Assembly: GCA_964016885.1 (NCBI GenBank)
Contig: OZ024743.1
Coordinates: 216,256,001-216,320,000 of the forward strand
Length of the DNA: 64,000 bases
Direction: 5' to 3'
Source: Eledone cirrhosa
Lineage: Eukaryota
Shown here: piece after piece, positions 58,063 to 64,000 of the stretch
Numbering within the stretch: the stretch's first letter is position 1
Layout of the letters: each line of letters opens with the position of its first letter
Notes under the pieces: model-generated
Databases searched by the model: none
What the model was told of the DNA's origin: nothing
The model's input: the letters and a program-made list of their open reading frames with translations, nothing else
Made by a program: the position numbers and the translations under genes

Positions 58063-59650
58063 TCATGTCCTGCATGTTCCCCAGTCATTTCGCGGTTATT
58101 CTGGTTGCGTCTACGGATGCCGCTGTTAACACTATTGGATGCTGCCAGGGAGTTGTTAAGGCCGATATAGTTATTGTCAGGTGTAGGTGCGTCTGTGTCG
58201 AGGTGCTGTGTCTTGGTGATCTTACTGTGGTTCGTTGTTCCTATGATGTATGCTAGGTTAGGATTAGTAGAGAAGGATATTTTTATATTGTTCCTATTAA
58301 GAATTTTTCTATACTTATGGTTGGGCGGGAAGTACTTCTCTAAGGCTTCGAAGAACATCCGGGGTATGTTGGAGGCCACACTCCGAGAGTAGGGGGGGGA
58401 CCATAGGACGTTACGGTGGCGATTACTTGTCCTTGTACTTCTGCTACGGGTGCTTCCATCTAAGTGACCGCTCTTATGTGTGTTAATGCGCAATCGCCCG
58501 TTCGGTGCCCCTTTCACTTTATGCTCGGGTGCACTCTTCCTACCTCTTCCATGTTTATGTACACGAAGATGTTGGTTGGAAGGCGTTGGTAGTAGGCCGT
58601 CGCTTTTGTTGGTTTTGTAATAGGGGAAAAGTTTGAGTAATCTACAGTGTTCGCCGTCGCCGGGGTCGTGATCTTTGGTGCGGTTATCTATTCTATTGTA
58701 TCCGACTTCAACGAGGTCGCCGCGTGATCGGTTATAAGTATGGCTTACTATGACGTTAGTTTTATGAGGGGGGTGGTTTCTAGAGCTAGCGTTAGGGATG
58801 TAGGAAATTCCTCGGTTAAAGCCGGCGCTTATCAGGGCCCTATTGTTGTAATCAGCCGCTTGGTTGAAGATAGCCTCATTGGCGGATAGCCTCGAGATTA
58901 TATGTGAGATACTATAGACTATGGAGTTGAGAGTCTGCTTAGGGTGGTTGAAGGCATAATTAATATAAGAGAGGCACTCTCCAGGCTTATGGTATGGCTT
59001 GTATAAGCCCGTACTCAACTCCAGGGTCACGTCCAGGAAGTTGACAACCCTGTGGTTGAGGTCCATAGTTACGGATAGGCCGTATGACTTAAAGAACCTG
59101 TGTATATGTTTGTTAAGGTTCTCTATCCTACGGGGGCTATGGTTCCTAACGGTAAACAGGGCGTCGTCCCTATATACACCTCCTTGTAGGGCCGGTGTTT
59201 CTTCCCTAAGCTTATGTAGGATGTATATCCCGACCAGGTCAGTTGCTTGCGCTGAGTCACTAGACCCCATCGTGACATCGAAGATATCAGGACGGTTGGT
59301 TCTGGTCCAGTGGGAGCCTTGGAACTGGATAATGGTTCTACGCGCCGCTAGAATTATGTCTATTTCTTTTTTTGTGAGGCTAGTGTTAGATCTAGCTAAG
59401 ATAAGTGCCTTATTTAAGAGTATGGGGGAGATAAAGGCGTAGTAACTATCTATATCAAACTGGATGAATTTCAGGGTGGCTTTATTTGGCAACTCGGTGA
59501 ACCAATTTATAACTTGGTCGGTGTTGCCCCAGAGGCAGACCTTAGCCTTTCTATTAAGCTCCAGTAGTACTCTATCGAGGATCACTTTACTAATCCTACC
59601 TATATCTGATGTAAACGGTCTAATAGAGGGGATTTCATTAAAGTCATTTG
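57990..59650 (-). CDS. PLE reverse transcriptase (N-terminally truncated) plus thumb/linker
   Basis: IGRISKVILD, W.NT..VINWF, FIQFDI, FDVTMGSSDSAQ..DLVG, YRDDAL, VNFLDVTL, YKPYHKP, NHP, WSPPYS, NRNNIKISFS. Confidence 0.9.
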
Positions 59651-59775
59651 TGATCCGTGATGTGGATTTAACCCCCAGAACTCCTTCCGTGCAATATAAG
59701 GAACACTTGTGATTATTTATGCCCTTGAGAAGCCCAACTGGGCGAAACGTACGTAGGTGCTGTTTTAAATAAACA

Positions 59776-59847
<72 letters not shown>

Positions 59848-60079
59848 TCTTTTTTCAGTCTGGTCTACCTCTGGATAGAACTCAATGTAATCTTGTAAAA
59901 TCCATAGAGAAGTTCTGGGTTTCGCTGAATTAATTCTTTAGATACAGAGTCAGATATTAGGCATTAAATTAACTATACCAATAAAAACTTTGGTCTTTTT
60001 ATTTTCATTGTTAATTTGATAACACACACACACACACTCACAAACATACACACACACACACACAACACACACACACACC

Positions 60080-60300
60080 CGGGCCGACCAAACGCCTGTG
60101 AGTGGATTTGATAGACCAAAACTAAACGAAGCGCGTCATATATATGTGTATATGTCTGTGCGTCATATATATGTATATATGTCTGTGTGCGTTTGTGTTT
60201 GCGCTCCCACCAATGTTTGTTGGATTGTTCACGCCGTCATAAGTTACGAGATGATGCTCCAGCATGGGCGTGGTCCAGAGACAGAACAAAATGTATAGTG
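60080..60300 (+). repeat. Fragment of a common octopus interspersed repeat
   Basis: ggccgaccaa..cc.gtgagtggatttg.tagac..aaact.aa.gaagc.cgtc motif recalled from octopus repeats; not searched. Confidence 0.5.
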
Positions 60301-60419
60301 TATATATATATATATATAAATATGTGTGTATGTGTGTGTGTGTCTATAGAAGAGGTGTGTGTGTGTGTGTGTGTGTGTGTCTATAGAAGAGGGGTGGTGG
60401 ATGATAATTTTCACCAGTT

Positions 60420-60626
60420 ATAATCATTTCTGCTATAGGCACAAGGGTTTAGGGACCCGTCGATTACATCGATCCTAGTTCACAACTGGTACTTAATTTA
60501 TCGACCCAAAAATGACGAAAGGCAGAGGTAACATGAGCGGAATTTGAACTCGGAACGTAACAACGGAAGAAGTACCCCTAAGGATTTCGCCAGATGTGCT
60601 AACGATTCCATCGGCTCACCGCCTTG
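60420..60626 (-). mobile_element. OK-type SINE, older subfamily
   Basis: aggcggtgagcc...gagttcaaattcc...tcgataaattaagtaccag. Confidence 0.8.
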
Positions 60627-60830
60627 TTTTCACTAGTTATAATGGAATCTGAAATATTGGTTCTCCCACGGGTCATTAAAAAGACGTTCGCGGGCCGCAT
60701 GTTTGAGCCCCCTGTTGGATAGATAGATAGACATGTACCAAACACACACACACACACACACACATTTCTTACTCGCTCTGTCTCTCCCTCTTTCTCTCTC
60801 TCTCTCTCTATATATAGATATATGAATATA

Positions 60831-60944
<114 letters not shown>

Positions 60945-60971
60945 TAGATATATACATATCAATATATACAT

Positions 60972-61820
60972 ATATATATCAACTAGAATTTGATTGACAT
61001 ATAAATATATCTAAAATAAACATATGAAACAATCACAGGGGACAATTTGTAAAAGTGTGTAAGCACACATAGCTAGGTAGGTAGCTAAATAAAGTTTAAA
61101 TAGAACTTCAAAAATAGATACCTTATAAATTGATTAATCTTCCTTTAAAGAAATATATTTCACCAATTAATCGATTGGTAAACGACAGTAGCCAGATCCT
61201 TGATTTTCAACAAGGAAGAGGACTAACCATCTGTGTTTACGCATCAAATTCAAATCAGCGACTGGCCAGTAACACGTAGTGTATTTACTAAAATACACAC
61301 ATCGTACCAGCTTCGGCCCAGAGGCGTGAATAAGGATATCGACAACCAGAAATAGCAGTCAAGTCCTTTCAACTGAGTTAGCTCTACAATCAAGGGGCCG
61401 TATTTATATATATCCAAAATTAAGTTAAATTAAGGGTGTCATGTCAGATAGACATGCACCATATCACCCGTAAAGTATACTCCAAGATTCCAATGAATAG
61501 ATCTGAGCATTTTATATCAACTAGAAATTGATTGATATATAAATATATCTAAAATAAACATATGAAACAATCACAGGTGATAATTTGTAATAGTGTGTAA
61601 GCACACATAGCTATGTAGGTAACTAAATAAAGTTTAACTAGAACTTCAAAAATAGATACCTTATTAATTGATTAATCTTCCTTGTATATATTCCATTAAA
61701 GAAATATATTTCACCAATTAATCGATTGGTAAACGACAGTAGCCAGATCCTGGATTTTCAACAAGGAAGAGGACTAACCATCTGTGTTTACGTATCAAAT
61801 TCAAATCAGCGACTGGCCAG
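60972..61820. repeat. 1.6-unit tandem of a ~540-bp module next to (TA)n
   Basis: tatatcaactagaa.ttgattga at ~60975 and ~61513. Confidence 0.9.
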
Positions 61821-62607
61821 TCTAAAATTGATTTAAAAGGTCTTGGTTCACAGAGACGTTCTCTGGCAATGAACGGAAAAAACGAAGATAATACGTCATA
61901 TGTGGGGCGTGGAGAACAATTGCACGCAAAGACAAAACCACGTAAATGGTATAGCTGAAGTCGTAGACTAAAATTCTAACTAGGAAACCGAATGATTCTG
62001 CGCTTCAGAGTTAAGAATAAAGTAAATAAAATACAATACAGAGGTAATTGAAATCAAATAAATACATACACGCGTCCAAATACGTACAAACACAAGCATA
62101 CGCGAAAACACTCGCCATAGGTATACAAAACCATGCACATATAAGTATGTGTGTGTGCGTGTATACAAATAAATAAATAATTAAATAAACGTATATAAAT
62201 AAATAAAGAAATACGTATATAACAAGCGCACACACATACCTACATGTAAATACACAAACGTACGGAGACCACGTCAACCAAAACATGAAGTACACATATA
62301 CACACACCCAACATACGTACGAACCCGCATACTCACACAGACGCAACACTTCCCTATACACATAACCAAAAGCATATGTACCAGAATATATAAAAATATA
62401 CACCATAACATATACAATCAAATATACGTACGAGAAAGTATACGTACCTTCACAAAACATACAGGTAATATATACTTACCTATGCAAATAAGTAATGGTA
62501 TAAACATAATATATACTTAGCTACCACACCAAGACGTAAAATATCCACGCATAGATCGTACTATCCATTAAGGGTATAATGTGGGGCTGTAATACAGGAA
62601 AGTATTA

Positions 62608-63427
<820 letters not shown>

Positions 63428-64000
63428 GCATTGTTATTTGGTGTTGTTGAAAAGAGCAGTGGCCTTTGACCAGGCAATAAAAAACTGCAGACAAAATTAT
63501 TTCTGTACCCAAAACAAGGCACACACAGACACACACACAAGTTTTTTTGTGTGTGTGTGTGTGTTAGTGTGCGCGCGCGTGTGTGTGTGTGTCTATCTAT
63601 GTATATATATATATAAGGGATACAGATAATGTTTATTTACTGTCACCAATCATCTCAATTCATTCGTTGCACCTTAGTTTGTGATCGAGGCACTTTATTT
63701 TGCAAGGTACTATTTTTCCCTTGAGTTGTGATTCAAGAGAAAGGTAAGAATTCCTTCATATTTTGCATCTTTTGTATTTTGACTTTACAGTTTGAATTGT
63801 AGAATTGTCTATCCACTCAAACAGCTAACAGTGAAATATAGAATTTAAAAAAAAAGCTTTTTCGACTGAGATCGAATCTTTGAGAACATTCACGTCTATT
63901 TTTTTTAAATATATAATTTGAAATAGCTTGCTTTTGTTTTGAAACTTTTTTGTATTTAATTCGTACGAGTATTTTTTAAAGATTCTAACTGATATTATAA

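Larger units (their letters stand above)
57003..59780 (-). mobile_element. 5'-truncated Penelope-like element, Naiad-type, with inverted partial pLTR at the 5' end; flanked by (TA)n
   Basis: RT and GIY-YIG ORFs; 59658-59778 is an inverted copy of ~57205-57325. Confidence 0.92.

Noticed and set aside
60660-60715. hAT-like terminal words here and at ~41740 and ~55020
   Set aside because: Single ends with no partner TIR or TSD found

Overview
AT-rich eukaryotic DNA dominated by microsatellites. The abundant tRNA-derived OK-type SINE and the repeat content suggest an octopus or related cephalopod (inference). No host protein-coding gene can be supported; most ORF-track entries are (TA)n/(CA)n/(GA)n artefacts. 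Recognisable mobile DNA: a 5'-truncated Naiad-type Penelope-like element (PLE; RT + GIY-YIG, 57.0-59.8 kb), a decayed Neptune-type PLE (11.3-14.2 kb), several RTE LINE pieces (one with a 5' inversion), and Tx1/L1, CRE and CR1 remnants. There is also a Helitron 3' end, a hAT MITE with an 8-bp TSD and many SINEs. The main hidden signal is a dense set of ORF-less 0.3-1.9 kb modules sitting in (TA)n tracts, arranged as partial tandems and/or fold-backs. Many carry a type I hammerhead ribozyme (HHR) motif with a palindromic stem III. I count about ten unrelated HHR-bearing families, including compensatory U3-A8 core variants and one HHR enclosed in a gap-free ~105-bp rod. All structures were read by eye; none was computed or tested.
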